Source of the DNA: a virus
Lineage: Duplodnaviria > Caudoviricetes
DNA length: 43,470 nt
Strand: one strand, 5' to 3'
Virus record (IMG/VR): IMGVR_UViG_3300044836_000007
Location: 1 to 43,470 of that record
Shown piece by piece: positions 8,619 to 17,616 of this stretch. The stretch's first letter is position 1. Every line of letters begins with the position of its first letter. The position numbers and the translations under genes are program-made. Under the pieces are notes generated by a model that saw nothing but the letters and a program-made list of their open reading frames with translations, was not told the origin of the DNA and ran no database searches.

Positions 8619-8648
8619 CAGCGAATGGCTTGGCTGTGGTAAGCTCAA
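8615..8648 (+). promoter_or_regulatory. Sigma70-type promoter with TGGTAAGCTCAA motif
   Basis: TTGACA (8615), 19-nt spacer, TAAGCT (8640) preceded by TG; lies in an intergenic gap. Confidence 0.65.
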
Positions 8649-8663
8649 CGAGATCAAAACAGA

Positions 8664-9323
8664 TTGGACTCTGAAATGCTTTTATGGCTTGACTTAGAAA
8701 CAACTGGCCTAGAGCCGGTTGCTGACTACATCCTCGAAGTGGCATGGACCCTAACGGCTGATGACCTCACCGACATCGTTGAGGATGGTATTCAGCATCG
8801 TGGGGTGACTACTTACGATCTCCAGATGCACAAACTGCGGACAAACAAATTTGTGCTCAACATGCACACTAAGAGTGGCCTCCTCGATGAGCTGGAGAAC
8901 GCCCACACCCTAGTACTGAGTGATATTGAGGATTTGATTCTCAGTGATCTCGACAACCAGCCGGATCAGCCCATCTACCTAGCTGGAGCTAGTGTTCATT
9001 TCGATCGAGCTTTCATCGACCAAGGAATGCCCCGGCTGGCTCAGCGCTTGCATCACAGGATTTATGACACCAGCTCGATCAAGCTTGCCGTAGAGCGTTA
9101 CATGTCCCCAATGAAAAATATCGTAAACAAGCACCCACACCGTGCTGCGAGCGACGTAGAGGAATGCTTGGGCGTTGCTCGCATTATCGATACCAGCTTG
9201 AGGTTTGCAGGATTTGCAATCTCATTGACTTCATACGAAACAAGGCAGAATCTAGCTAACGCCTTCTATAACTATGATCTCGGCTACGGTTTTGTCAAAG
9301 AAGAGAAGGCCACCAATGCCTAG
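8664..9323 (+). CDS. orn: Oligoribonuclease-like DEDDh 3'-5' exonuclease
   Basis: WLDLETTGL, MHTKSGL, LAGASVHFDRAF, MPRL...HHRIYDTSSIK, HRAASDVEE mirror Orn motifs; alternative start 8676. Confidence 0.85.
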   Translation: MDSEMLLWLDLETTGLEPVADYILEVAWTLTADDLTDIVEDGIQHRGVTTYDLQMHKLRTNKFVLNMHTKSGLLDELENAHTLVLSDIEDLILSDLDNQPDQPIYLAGASVHFDRAFIDQGMPRLAQRLHHRIYDTSSIKLAVERYMSPMKNIVNKHPHRAASDVEECLGVARIIDTSLRFAGFAISLTSYETRQNLANAFYNYDLGYGFVKEEKATNA

Positions 9324-10371
9324 TGTTTCCCATTCAGAGGTAGACAGCTACCTGCTCTGTCGTCGCAAGCACTACTACGGCTATGGTTTGAGTCTGCAGC
9401 GCGTTACTACCTCTAGCTCGCTCGCAACTGGTACGGCCATTCACCAGATTGCTGATGCCTTCTACAGCGCGATCCTCGCTGCCGGTAACACGATCCAACT
9501 TCAGCAAGCAGCAATCGGGGATGCTATCAAAGCAGCCAAGGTCAAGCTCGATGAGATCATGGTCGACTTCGAGCAGGATGAAAAGCGCGTCTCGCTGGAA
9601 GAGCTGTTCTTCACGTGGTATCTACCCAACGAGCCCTTTATCAGCAACGGCTGGCGCATTCTTGCATCGGAGAAGAAATTCAATCTCCAGTACGACGAAA
9701 ACGAGGCGGGCGACCCGCTTACCTACCCGTTCGTCATTGACCTCATCGTTCGTGATCCCGAAGGCAAGACTGTCGTCGTAGACCACAAAGCGGTTTGGGA
9801 TTTTTACACGGACGCTGATGCCGAGCTACAGCCTCAGATTCCCAAGTACATCGCCGGGCTCCGTGCATTGAATTTCAAGGTTGATTACGGCATGTACAAC
9901 ATGCTCCGCACTCGACTCATTCGAGGTGCGAAGAAGAACAAGGCTGAGTTGGTCGAGGCAGTGTCGGCAAAGTGTGCCGATCCTGAATCAGATTATGACA
10001 AACCAGTGTCAAGATTCACTGTTGTTGAGCTTGAGCAGATGGCTAGCGACATGGACATTCAGGTCTACGCAGGACCCGATCTTGACCAGATGCTTCTAAC
10101 CAAGAGGCTCGACATCCCCACACCTCGTATCGTGCAGACGTTCAAGGAACAGATCGCTGTTGCCAAAGAGGTGCAGGCACTCAAGACGTTGCCGATCGAG
10201 GAGCAGGATGCTCGGGCATATCGCACAGCAAACAAGATGGTCTGCAACTCTTGCAGTTTTCGTGACCTGTGCACGACCGAACTGATGGGCAACAACACCA
10301 AGCTCATGATCGCTACCGAGTTCCAAGTGCGCGAACGAATCGCTTTCGTAGAGGTGTCGGAAGATGCCTAG
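9316..10371 (+). CDS. Cas4/RecB-like PD-(D/E)xK exonuclease
   Basis: SHS...CRRK, GTAIH, IDLIV...VVDHK, Q..Y, C-terminal CNSCSFRDLC. Confidence 0.85.
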   Translation: MPSVSHSEVDSYLLCRRKHYYGYGLSLQRVTTSSSLATGTAIHQIADAFYSAILAAGNTIQLQQAAIGDAIKAAKVKLDEIMVDFEQDEKRVSLEELFFTWYLPNEPFISNGWRILASEKKFNLQYDENEAGDPLTYPFVIDLIVRDPEGKTVVVDHKAVWDFYTDADAELQPQIPKYIAGLRALNFKVDYGMYNMLRTRLIRGAKKNKAELVEAVSAKCADPESDYDKPVSRFTVVELEQMASDMDIQVYAGPDLDQMLLTKRLDIPTPRIVQTFKEQIAVAKEVQALKTLPIEEQDARAYRTANKMVCNSCSFRDLCTTELMGNNTKLMIATEFQVRERIAFVEVSEDA

Positions 10372-10564
10372 CTACCAAGAAATCGGCATCGTTTGGAGCA
10401 AGCCCGGCGTGGGTACTCCCGTACAGGCTTGCCAAAGTTGTGGAGCCATCATTGAAACTCGCGATACAAAGAACCATGAGAGATTCCATGAAGCGCTTGC
10501 AAAGCTCTTCGCGGACGTGACAAGATCACACACAGAAAAAGAACTAGGACTAGAAAAGGAATAG
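10364..10564 (+). CDS. Small zinc-finger-like protein
   Basis: CQSC...HERFH (C2H2-like); overlap-coupled. Confidence 0.6.
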   Translation: MPSYQEIGIVWSKPGVGTPVQACQSCGAIIETRDTKNHERFHEALAKLFADVTRSHTEKELGLEKE

Positions 10565-10572
10565 AAATCAGA

Positions 10573-11496
10573 ATGGCTAACTCACTCGCGACCATCATGG
10601 GCCGCATGCAAGACCTAGAAAATCAGACCGTAGAACGCAAGCTTTTCACTGTCCTGTACGGCCCCTTCGGGACTGGCAAGACGATCCTCGCTGCTGGCCT
10701 AGCGCAGAAGCTGATGAAGCAGTTCGGCGGGCGCACTCTCTACCTCGACAGCTCGGATGGCTGGGTGTCCCTCGACATTTGGAATGGTGCCCTCAAGAAG
10801 GGTGTCACTCGCTACGAACTGTCGGACTCCCACGATCTCGCCGTCATCGCTGGCGGCCTCAAGTCTCGGACAGGCAAGCTGAAGGATGTCACAGTACTCA
10901 TCATCGATGAGTTGTCATCCATTGCCGAGGACGTGCTAGAGAACGTGGTACGCGACCGGGCAGGAGTGCTCAAGGGGGTCGATCTCCCCGAGGTCGAAGG
11001 CAAGGACTATGGCCCTATGACAGCCATCATTGGCTCGATCATGCGTGATCTCAAGCGTGTTCCTAATCTTCACGTCATCGTGATCGCGCACGATCGTGAG
11101 CAAACACTGAAGAATCAATCGGTAATGCATCGTCCGAGCTTCAGCCCGCTCTTGAACACCGCAGTTCAAAAGGTCACCCACGTCACTGGTTATCTTAGCA
11201 ACGAGATTCAAAACCATGCAGGAAAAATCACGTATGTCCGACAGATTCAGAGTCAGCCGTCTGCGCTAGTAGCGGCTAAGAGCAGGATCACGGATATGCC
11301 TCTCAAGGTCGATTCTGTGGAGTGGGTCAATAGGATCAACGACTGGGTTGCTAGCGAGGAATTCCTTGAGGACATTTCGGGCACCGAGCCCGCTGTCGAA
11401 GTTTACGATGACTCAGAAGATGTCATCGAAGAGGATCAGGGTACGGATGAGCCGGACCCTGACGATGCCCCGGCATATGTCGGGCCAACCGAGTAG
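10573..11496 (+). CDS. AAA ATPase, Sak4-like ssDNA-annealing protein
   Basis: YGPFGTGKT, LIIDELS, VIAH; lies between exonuclease and SSB; acidic tail. Confidence 0.8.
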   Translation: MANSLATIMGRMQDLENQTVERKLFTVLYGPFGTGKTILAAGLAQKLMKQFGGRTLYLDSSDGWVSLDIWNGALKKGVTRYELSDSHDLAVIAGGLKSRTGKLKDVTVLIIDELSSIAEDVLENVVRDRAGVLKGVDLPEVEGKDYGPMTAIIGSIMRDLKRVPNLHVIVIAHDREQTLKNQSVMHRPSFSPLLNTAVQKVTHVTGYLSNEIQNHAGKITYVRQIQSQPSALVAAKSRITDMPLKVDSVEWVNRINDWVASEEFLEDISGTEPAVEVYDDSEDVIEEDQGTDEPDPDDAPAYVGPTE

Positions 11497-11517
11497 AAAA
11501 AGAAAAAGAGAAAAATC

Positions 11518-12096
11518 ATGACTGGAATTCTTGAAGAGTACGGGCTCGATGTCGACGCGGCAGAAGAGCTTTCGTTTGACGTGCCTGATGGCGAATACGA
11601 CTTCACTGTGGGCGACATGTTCATTCGCGTGGGGTCAAAAGCCCAGCCCGACAAAAGCTGGCTCATCATTGAGTACCTGCTGGACAGTGGTAAGAAGCAC
11701 GGTGAGCTATTCGGCCTGCCGATCGACGCCAGCGCTCCTACAGACAAGGAAAAGGGTGTCCTTGGGCGCTACAAGTCTCGTCTGAAGAGCCTCGGTTTCT
11801 CGGAGGGGCAGCTCAACGAAATCGGGCGTGATGAGATTGTAGGAATCGAAGGTCACTTCGTTCTACTGACCTCCAAGGGCTACCAAAACATTCGCAACCT
11901 GATCCTCTTCGATGATGGGGAAAACCAGTTCACGGATGGTACTGCAGAAGTAGGGCCGGGTAACCCCGCGACCACTTTTGTCGGTGAAGAGGCACCTGCT
12001 GCCCCAGCAAAAAAGGCACCTGCCAAGCGTGCCCCTGCTGCTAAAGTAACACCGTCGGCCGAGGCCCCCACCTCGGACGATAACCCGTTCTCCTAA
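11518..12096 (+). CDS. Putative ssDNA-binding protein
   Basis: VPDGEY N-terminal motif, PAKKA linker, acidic DDNPFS C-terminus; follows the Sak4-like gene. Confidence 0.7.
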   Translation: MTGILEEYGLDVDAAEELSFDVPDGEYDFTVGDMFIRVGSKAQPDKSWLIIEYLLDSGKKHGELFGLPIDASAPTDKEKGVLGRYKSRLKSLGFSEGQLNEIGRDEIVGIEGHFVLLTSKGYQNIRNLILFDDGENQFTDGTAEVGPGNPATTFVGEEAPAAPAKKAPAKRAPAAKVTPSAEAPTSDDNPFS

Positions 12097-12167
12097 GCGG
12101 CTAGGAGAACACGAGGCTCAGTCAGTCACCTGCAGTTCTAACCTGTAGCTCTCACTGGCTGAGCCTC
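12087..12167 (+). terminator. Two tandem hairpins; terminator or RNA processing site
   Basis: GTTCTCCTA/TAGGAGAAC (12087-12110) and GAGGCTCAGTCAGT/ACTGGCTGAGCCTC (12113-12167); no U-tract. Confidence 0.5.
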
Positions 12168-12198
12168 ACCTAAATCTCAGATTGGAAGTGCTGTACCT

Positions 12199-12477
12199 AT
12201 GGGTGAGACAGAGAGCAAGACGTACGTCACCAAGTTCGAACGACGACTTGCCGAAGGGTATGTTCTCAACAAGATTGACGACGAGTACCGAGCCAACGTA
12301 GCGAAGATGAAACGCGAGCTAGAACAAGCCCAGTACGAAACCCGCCGACTTGAAAAAAAGCTTTTGGATGCACAGGCCAAGATCGTTGCTCTGAAACGGG
12401 AACGTAACAGGCACTGGGCGCACACCTACCCGGCGCTCAAGCGAAAGTGGATTGAGTTTGGTCGTCGTCATGGATGA
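12199..12477 (+). CDS. Hypothetical coiled-coil protein
   Basis: 92-aa ORF with heptad-like composition. Confidence 0.7.
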   Translation: MGETESKTYVTKFERRLAEGYVLNKIDDEYRANVAKMKRELEQAQYETRRLEKKLLDAQAKIVALKRERNRHWAHTYPALKRKWIEFGRRHG

Positions 12478-13024
12478 CATCACTGACCAGCTCGGTGGCT
12501 TTTACGATTACGTGTGGGGCAAAGAGCCGACTAACGGAAAACAGCATTTCGTCTACCTGCCTGTCGAGTACGAGAGCAAATGGACATCCTATATGTTCGC
12601 ATGGCCAAAGCAACGTAAAGCCATCCTTCAGCACACGCTGAAGTGGTCTGCGATTAAGGCCAATGTGTTCTATTCTCCAGCACTGTTCAACGTTGCCAAC
12701 CCTGAAAAAGAGAACGTCGCAGGAAGCTGGGTACTTTGGGTCGACTTCGATGGCAATGCGCCTGACTGGTCTACTAATCCCTTCCCAAACGTCCCTACGC
12801 CAACAATGCAAATTCAGTCAAGCATCGAGGGCCATGAGCACTGCTATTGGTTACTGTCGGAATTCCTCGCAGACCCCACCACGCTGGAGGAACGCAATCG
12901 CTCGCTCGCGTACCTCATGCACGCCGACACATCTGGCTGGGATGCTGACCAAATCCTTCGGCCACCCTTCACGCACAATCACAAGCGTCAGAAAGACGTG
13001 GTGATAAAGAATGTTGCGCGATGA
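12470..13024 (+). CDS. RepB'-like (AEP-superfamily) DNA primase catalytic domain
   Basis: VFYSPA, WVDFDG, PT..IQSS..GHEHCYWLL, ILRPPFTHNHK. Confidence 0.8.
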   Translation: MDDITDQLGGFYDYVWGKEPTNGKQHFVYLPVEYESKWTSYMFAWPKQRKAILQHTLKWSAIKANVFYSPALFNVANPEKENVAGSWVLWVDFDGNAPDWSTNPFPNVPTPTMQIQSSIEGHEHCYWLLSEFLADPTTLEERNRSLAYLMHADTSGWDADQILRPPFTHNHKRQKDVVIKNVAR

Positions 13025-13039
13025 GATGCTGGCCTACTA

Positions 13040-14293
13040 ATGAAGAGCTATAGCCTTAGCTCTTTCGATGCCGTCCCCAGCTCGAAGGAACTTGTCAGCG
13101 GAGAACTGACTCTCAAAGAGTTGCCTACGGTCGAGCAGGTGCGAACCCTCGCGACATGGACAAGCGAGATGTTGGAGCGCTTCGACCGGCCGAGTGAGTT
13201 TTTTGATCGACAGCTTGATGGCTCCAAGCAGGATCGTTCGGCCGCAATGGGTGCGTTCACTTACCTCGGCGCCGAGAATGGCTGGACCGATGAGCAGTTG
13301 ATGACAGCACTGCTAGACATAGACGATCGATGGGGCAAGTACAAGGATCGTCGCGACCAGAACAAGCGCTTGATCGATTTCATCAATCGCGCCCGAACTA
13401 AGGTCGGATACAACCCGGTCACCGATCTTGACTTCAGTCGGTTCATGGACGATCGAGCAAAGCCTGTTGTACAGGGCGACGATGCTAAGCAAAAACTCAT
13501 CTATGGCGCAATGGATTTTGTAGCAATGGATTTCAAGGTCGAGTGGCTGCTGGAAAACTTGATGTCGCAGGGCGGCTTTGGTTTCATTACCGGTTACCCC
13601 GGCACGGGCAAGACCCAGTTTGCACTACAGATCGCCAGCCATTTAGCACTGGGTTACGAGAGTTTTCTGAAGTGGTCCAATCTTGGTGGCACCAAGAAGG
13701 TGCTCTTCCTCAGTCTTGAGATGGCGAAAGCTCCATTGAACCTCTTCCTTGGCAAGATCACGAATAGCTACGAGGACAAGCAAAAACTCAACCACAATCT
13801 GCTGATCGCCCCGCTGGGTGTGAGCCTGCCACTCGATAGCCAACCGGGACAGGCATTTCTCAACAACATCCTTGATGAGTTCATGCCAGACGTTATCGTG
13901 ATCGACTCACTCCAGAAGGCCATGTCAAAAGAGATGACCGATGAGCTGTCGGTCAAGAGCGTGTTGGCTTACCTAGCCACCACACGTGAAAAATACAACA
14001 CCTCGATTCTCGTTATTCACCACAACCGCAAAAAGAGCAATGATGCCCAGAAGAAAGAGATCGAGCAGTCGGATGTCTATGGCAGCTATCTCATCGTGGC
14101 CGAGGCTGACTTCGTACTCAGCCTAAAGCGATTGAACAACTCGACCTTGGGTGTCGAGATGCTAAAGAACCGGCTTGGCCCTATGGCCGACAGCTTCGAG
14201 GTGTTCCGTGATGACAACCTCACGTTCCATTTCTCTGATATGGAAATAGCAAATCAAATGTTCGAAGTAGGGGAGAAAGATGACCTCGTATAA
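13040..14293 (+). CDS. Primase helical-bundle domain plus RepA-like (AAA_25) helicase
   Basis: DRSAA...helical region, GYPGTGKT, VLFLSLE, VIVIDSL, IHHNRK, KNR. Confidence 0.85.
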   Translation: MKSYSLSSFDAVPSSKELVSGELTLKELPTVEQVRTLATWTSEMLERFDRPSEFFDRQLDGSKQDRSAAMGAFTYLGAENGWTDEQLMTALLDIDDRWGKYKDRRDQNKRLIDFINRARTKVGYNPVTDLDFSRFMDDRAKPVVQGDDAKQKLIYGAMDFVAMDFKVEWLLENLMSQGGFGFITGYPGTGKTQFALQIASHLALGYESFLKWSNLGGTKKVLFLSLEMAKAPLNLFLGKITNSYEDKQKLNHNLLIAPLGVSLPLDSQPGQAFLNNILDEFMPDVIVIDSLQKAMSKEMTDELSVKSVLAYLATTREKYNTSILVIHHNRKKSNDAQKKEIEQSDVYGSYLIVAEADFVLSLKRLNNSTLGVEMLKNRLGPMADSFEVFRDDNLTFHFSDMEIANQMFEVGEKDDLV

Positions 14294-16079
14294 AGAAGCC
14301 GAAGGTGTTGAATTGCTGAGGCTGCTCTACGAAAACCCTGAGCGCGAGATAGCCGTCGATACAGAGACGACAGGGCTCAAGATCGCTGATGGCACAGACC
14401 ACTGCATTGGTGTGAGCATTGCCACAGTGCTGGATGGCAAAGGTTACAGCCACTACTATGCACTCCATCACGAGACTGGCGAGAACGTGTCGGACAAGAC
14501 AGCGAAGATGCTGGCCTACGTGCTCAGGCAGCCTCGGCCGCTCAACTTCGCCAACGTCCAGTTCGACATCCTAAGCCTCGACACCGTTGGCATTCATCTC
14601 GATGACAGCGACTTCTACGACATCCTGACGATGGCTAATCTCATCAATGAGAACCAGCCAAAGTCGAAGAGCCTAGAACTGCTGTCGAGGTTCTACTGCA
14701 ACGCTGAGGGCAAGGTCAAAGACCCCTATGTCGAGGCTGAGAAGAAGTCGGGCAACCACAACATCACACCCGAGCAGGAGTTCGAATACGCCTGTGTCGA
14801 TGCTGAGCTGACGTGGCGAGTCAAGCAATCGATCGTCAGTAAACAGAATTGGAAAGAGCTGCCAGAGTCAATCTGGACAGACAAGCAGGGCACCATTCGA
14901 GTACTGCTGGCGATGCGCCGACGCGGGGTACTCATCGACCAGCCACTTGCACGAGAGATGGTCACTCGTGGTGAGGCCGAGATGAAGCGCCTCGCTCGCG
15001 AGTTGGGCTATCCAGCTGTGCCAAAGAAGCCCACCAGAATGTATCCGAATCCTGACCCCGATCCGTTGCCTGTGCTTGGACCGAAAGCGCTCAAGGATTT
15101 GTTCATTGTCAGGCTAGGTCTACCAGTCATCAAGTCAGGTAAAACAGGCCCCAGCTTCGACAAGGAAGTCATGGAAGAGTATGACCTCATCCTTGCGAGA
15201 ATGGATTCTGACGAGGCTAAGTTGGTTCGAGCCTATAGAGGGTGGCAGAAAGCCGTCAGCGCCTCGTACAGGAGCTATCTGGAGTACGTTGATACGGATG
15301 GGCGGCTACGGTGCAGCTATAAGACCCATGGCACCGTCACAGGCCGTCTGAGCTGTGCTGAGCCTAACCTCCAACAGATTCCTAAAGAATCTGACAAGGC
15401 ATGGAATGGGCAGGTCAAGCACTGCTTCATCGCACGTGAGGGGTACACCCTCGTAAACGCTGACTTTAGCCAACTAGAGCTGCGCCTCGCCACGGCTTAC
15501 GCACAAGAGCCCGAGCTAAAAAAGGTGTTCGAGGAGGGCCGAGACATCTTCGATGAAATGTCGATCGAGCTTGGATTCGATCGCCAGACCACCAAGACAT
15601 TTGTTTACTCCGTTCAGTATGGCGCCGGGATCAATCGCATCATGCATGCCTTCGGAGTAAGCAAACCGATAGCTCAAGCAATGTTGCGTAAATACGCCGA
15701 GACATATCCCCGCTTTAGAAGGCTGGCTGACTATTGCGATAACAAGGCGCGCAACGAGAAGCGCTTGAAAATCTGGAGCGGTCGTTACCGACACTTCCAG
15801 TACGAGTCTGAGAGTTTCAAGGCCATGAACAGCTTGATCCAAGGTGGGGCTGCCGACATTATGGAAGCGGTCATGCGCAGGGTATACGCCGAGCTGGATG
15901 GTCCCGACTGCATGATGCTCCTACAGGTCCACGACTCAATCACGTTCGAAGTCAAGACTGAGCTGGTTGACGAGTATACTCCCAAAATCAAGGCCATGAT
16001 GGAGGATGTATCCGGGGCTATTGGGCATGATGATTTCAGCGTTGTGTGGGCTGTCGAAGTCGGGATGTGGGTCAAGTGA
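14280..16079 (+). CDS. polA: DNA polymerase, family A
   Basis: Exonuclease AVDTETTG; TGRLS..PNLQQIP; ADFSQLELR; KTFVYSVQYG; QVHDSI. Confidence 0.96.
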   Translation: MTSYKEAEGVELLRLLYENPEREIAVDTETTGLKIADGTDHCIGVSIATVLDGKGYSHYYALHHETGENVSDKTAKMLAYVLRQPRPLNFANVQFDILSLDTVGIHLDDSDFYDILTMANLINENQPKSKSLELLSRFYCNAEGKVKDPYVEAEKKSGNHNITPEQEFEYACVDAELTWRVKQSIVSKQNWKELPESIWTDKQGTIRVLLAMRRRGVLIDQPLAREMVTRGEAEMKRLARELGYPAVPKKPTRMYPNPDPDPLPVLGPKALKDLFIVRLGLPVIKSGKTGPSFDKEVMEEYDLILARMDSDEAKLVRAYRGWQKAVSASYRSYLEYVDTDGRLRCSYKTHGTVTGRLSCAEPNLQQIPKESDKAWNGQVKHCFIAREGYTLVNADFSQLELRLATAYAQEPELKKVFEEGRDIFDEMSIELGFDRQTTKTFVYSVQYGAGINRIMHAFGVSKPIAQAMLRKYAETYPRFRRLADYCDNKARNEKRLKIWSGRYRHFQYESESFKAMNSLIQGGAADIMEAVMRRVYAELDGPDCMMLLQVHDSITFEVKTELVDEYTPKIKAMMEDVSGAIGHDDFSVVWAVEVGMWVK

Positions 16080-16282
16080 GACGCGAACTACGGAGCCTTT
16101 GCAAGACTTCCGGCAAGATTTCTTACCGGGACAGGGATGCTGCAATCTGGGGTGCTGGTCAAATCCAAAAGCGCCTAACAGAGGCGGCTAAAGACATCCC
16201 CCCAGTTGCTCGATTCAGAGTGAGGGCAACCTATCCGTATAAGTGCCCTGACTGTGGTCACTGGCACCTGACGAAAGGCTGA
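16076..16282 (+). CDS. Small zinc-finger protein
   Basis: YKCPDCGHWHLT; GTGA overlap with the polymerase stop. Confidence 0.7.
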   Translation: MRRELRSLCKTSGKISYRDRDAAIWGAGQIQKRLTEAAKDIPPVARFRVRATYPYKCPDCGHWHLTKG

Positions 16283-16288
16283 GACAAG

Positions 16289-16705
16289 ATGGCTCTAATT
16301 CTGTGCGTCGATCCCGGTGAGCATATCGGGCTCGCCTGCTATGACGAAACTGGCTGGCTTCATTGGGATGGCACCATGACCCCAGAGCAGTTCGAGCAAT
16401 GGTGCCTCATCGGTCAAGGCCACTATGCTGTCGTAGTCATTGAGGATTACCGGCTCCGACACGGCCGACAGATGCAGCAGACTGGCAGCCGGTTTATGAC
16501 AGCTCAAGTCATAGGACAGGCCAAACTCTTTGCTCGAATGCACAAAGCGAAGGTAGTCATCCAGCAGCCCAATATTTTGAACATCGCAGCCATGCATGCA
16601 GGCATCAAGATTGTGAAGCACTATCCCGATAACGTGAGCGCCAAGCTCCACGGTCGCTATTACCTTGAGTCAATTGGAGTACTGCGCACGGTACAGCAAA
16701 GCTGA
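16289..16705 (+). CDS. RuvC-like Holliday junction resolvase
   Basis: CVDPGEHIG, VVIED, late D residue. Confidence 0.75.
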   Translation: MALILCVDPGEHIGLACYDETGWLHWDGTMTPEQFEQWCLIGQGHYAVVVIEDYRLRHGRQMQQTGSRFMTAQVIGQAKLFARMHKAKVVIQQPNILNIAAMHAGIKIVKHYPDNVSAKLHGRYYLESIGVLRTVQQS

Positions 16706-16738
16706 TACGATGACAAGGCATCGAGTCCAATCTGTGCA

Positions 16739-16779
16739 ACAAACCCCCGCAAGCTGGCTTTGCCCTTGCGGGGGTTTGT
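16739..16779. terminator. Bidirectional terminator at the convergence of the two arms
   Basis: Perfect 15-bp IR ACAAACCCCCGCAAG/CTTGCGGGGGTTTGT. Confidence 0.85.
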
Positions 16780-16783
16780 CATA

Positions 16784-17176
16784 TCAATCAGACCAGTCGC
16801 TGTCGTTGGCCAAGTATTCACGAGCCGCCTCAATTGCTTTGAAGCGTTCCGGTGTGTAGGTGAGCTTGACTTTGGCCTCTTCGACAGTTTCTGAGAGAGC
16901 TACAAATCCTTTGCCGACGATCTGCTGCCCGGCCACAATCTGTCGAAGCTTGCGGGTAAATTTCTGGTCCATAGCGTCCATGTCGCTACGGAGCTGCCTG
17001 TTTTCGGTCCACAGCTCTGTGATTTGTACAGGCTTGCGAAGGACCACACCGAGGACCACACCGATGAGCGCCAGTATCGCTGCAGCAATAACGACGGAGG
17101 GGGCAACCCAACTAGGCAATGCGTTGGGGTCTGTGAGTGAGACGAAATCCATAGCCATCATCGCCTCCTGATCCAT
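16784..17176 (-). CDS. Membrane protein, 1 TM plus coiled coil; possible lysis accessory
   Basis: VVIAAAILALIGVVLGVVL followed by a coiled coil. Confidence 0.7.
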   Translation of the reverse strand: MDQEAMMAMDFVSLTDPNALPSWVAPSVVIAAAILALIGVVLGVVLRKPVQITELWTENRQLRSDMDAMDQKFTRKLRQIVAGQQIVGKGFVALSETVEEAKVKLTYTPERFKAIEAAREYLANDSDWSD

Positions 17177-17616
17177 ACGGGCAACTTATCCCACAGTCGG
17201 TCAGGGAGGGAGGGGAAGATTTGCAGAAGTCTGAAATACATTGGCACGATAATGACTATGGGCAGCACCGATCCACTACTCAAATCCCACTTGTCGAGGA
17301 TCATAGCGCGAGCAAAAATGGCTACCGAGTAGCCTGCCATCAGCCCGATAAGCAAGAAAGTGGAACAAATCTCTAGGGCTTTCTTACCTTTGGATACGGT
17401 GCGATACAGGCCAAGAAGCACTGCCAGAGAAATGAATAGCATAAGCAGCGGGCCTAGCACCCCCCACAGGTTGCCGTAGCTGAAATCTAGTGTTGGCACT
17501 GAGGTAATGGTGGCGACAAAGCTGTAGGCAGCGATTGCTAGGTAGTACGACAGCATCATTTTGACGTGCAGCGGTGGAGACAGGAATGGCTCTGGCTCTT
17601 TACGATTTTCCATCAC
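17158..17616 (-). CDS. Multi-pass membrane protein (about 4 TM), holin-like
   Basis: Four hydrophobic segments. Confidence 0.7.
   Translation of the reverse strand: MMENRKEPEPFLSPPLHVKMMLSYYLAIAAYSFVATITSVPTLDFSYGNLWGVLGPLLMLFISLAVLLGLYRTVSKGKKALEICSTFLLIGLMAGYSVAIFARAMILDKWDLSSGSVLPIVIIVPMYFRLLQIFPSLPDRLWDKLPVWIRRR

Noticed and set aside
7953-9323. Readthrough from HNH into Orn (same frame)
   Set aside because: A second in-frame stop (TAA 8640) and a promoter lie between them
9316-10371. CRISPR-Cas system
   Set aside because: Stand-alone Cas4-like nuclease in a recombination module; no array or other cas genes seen
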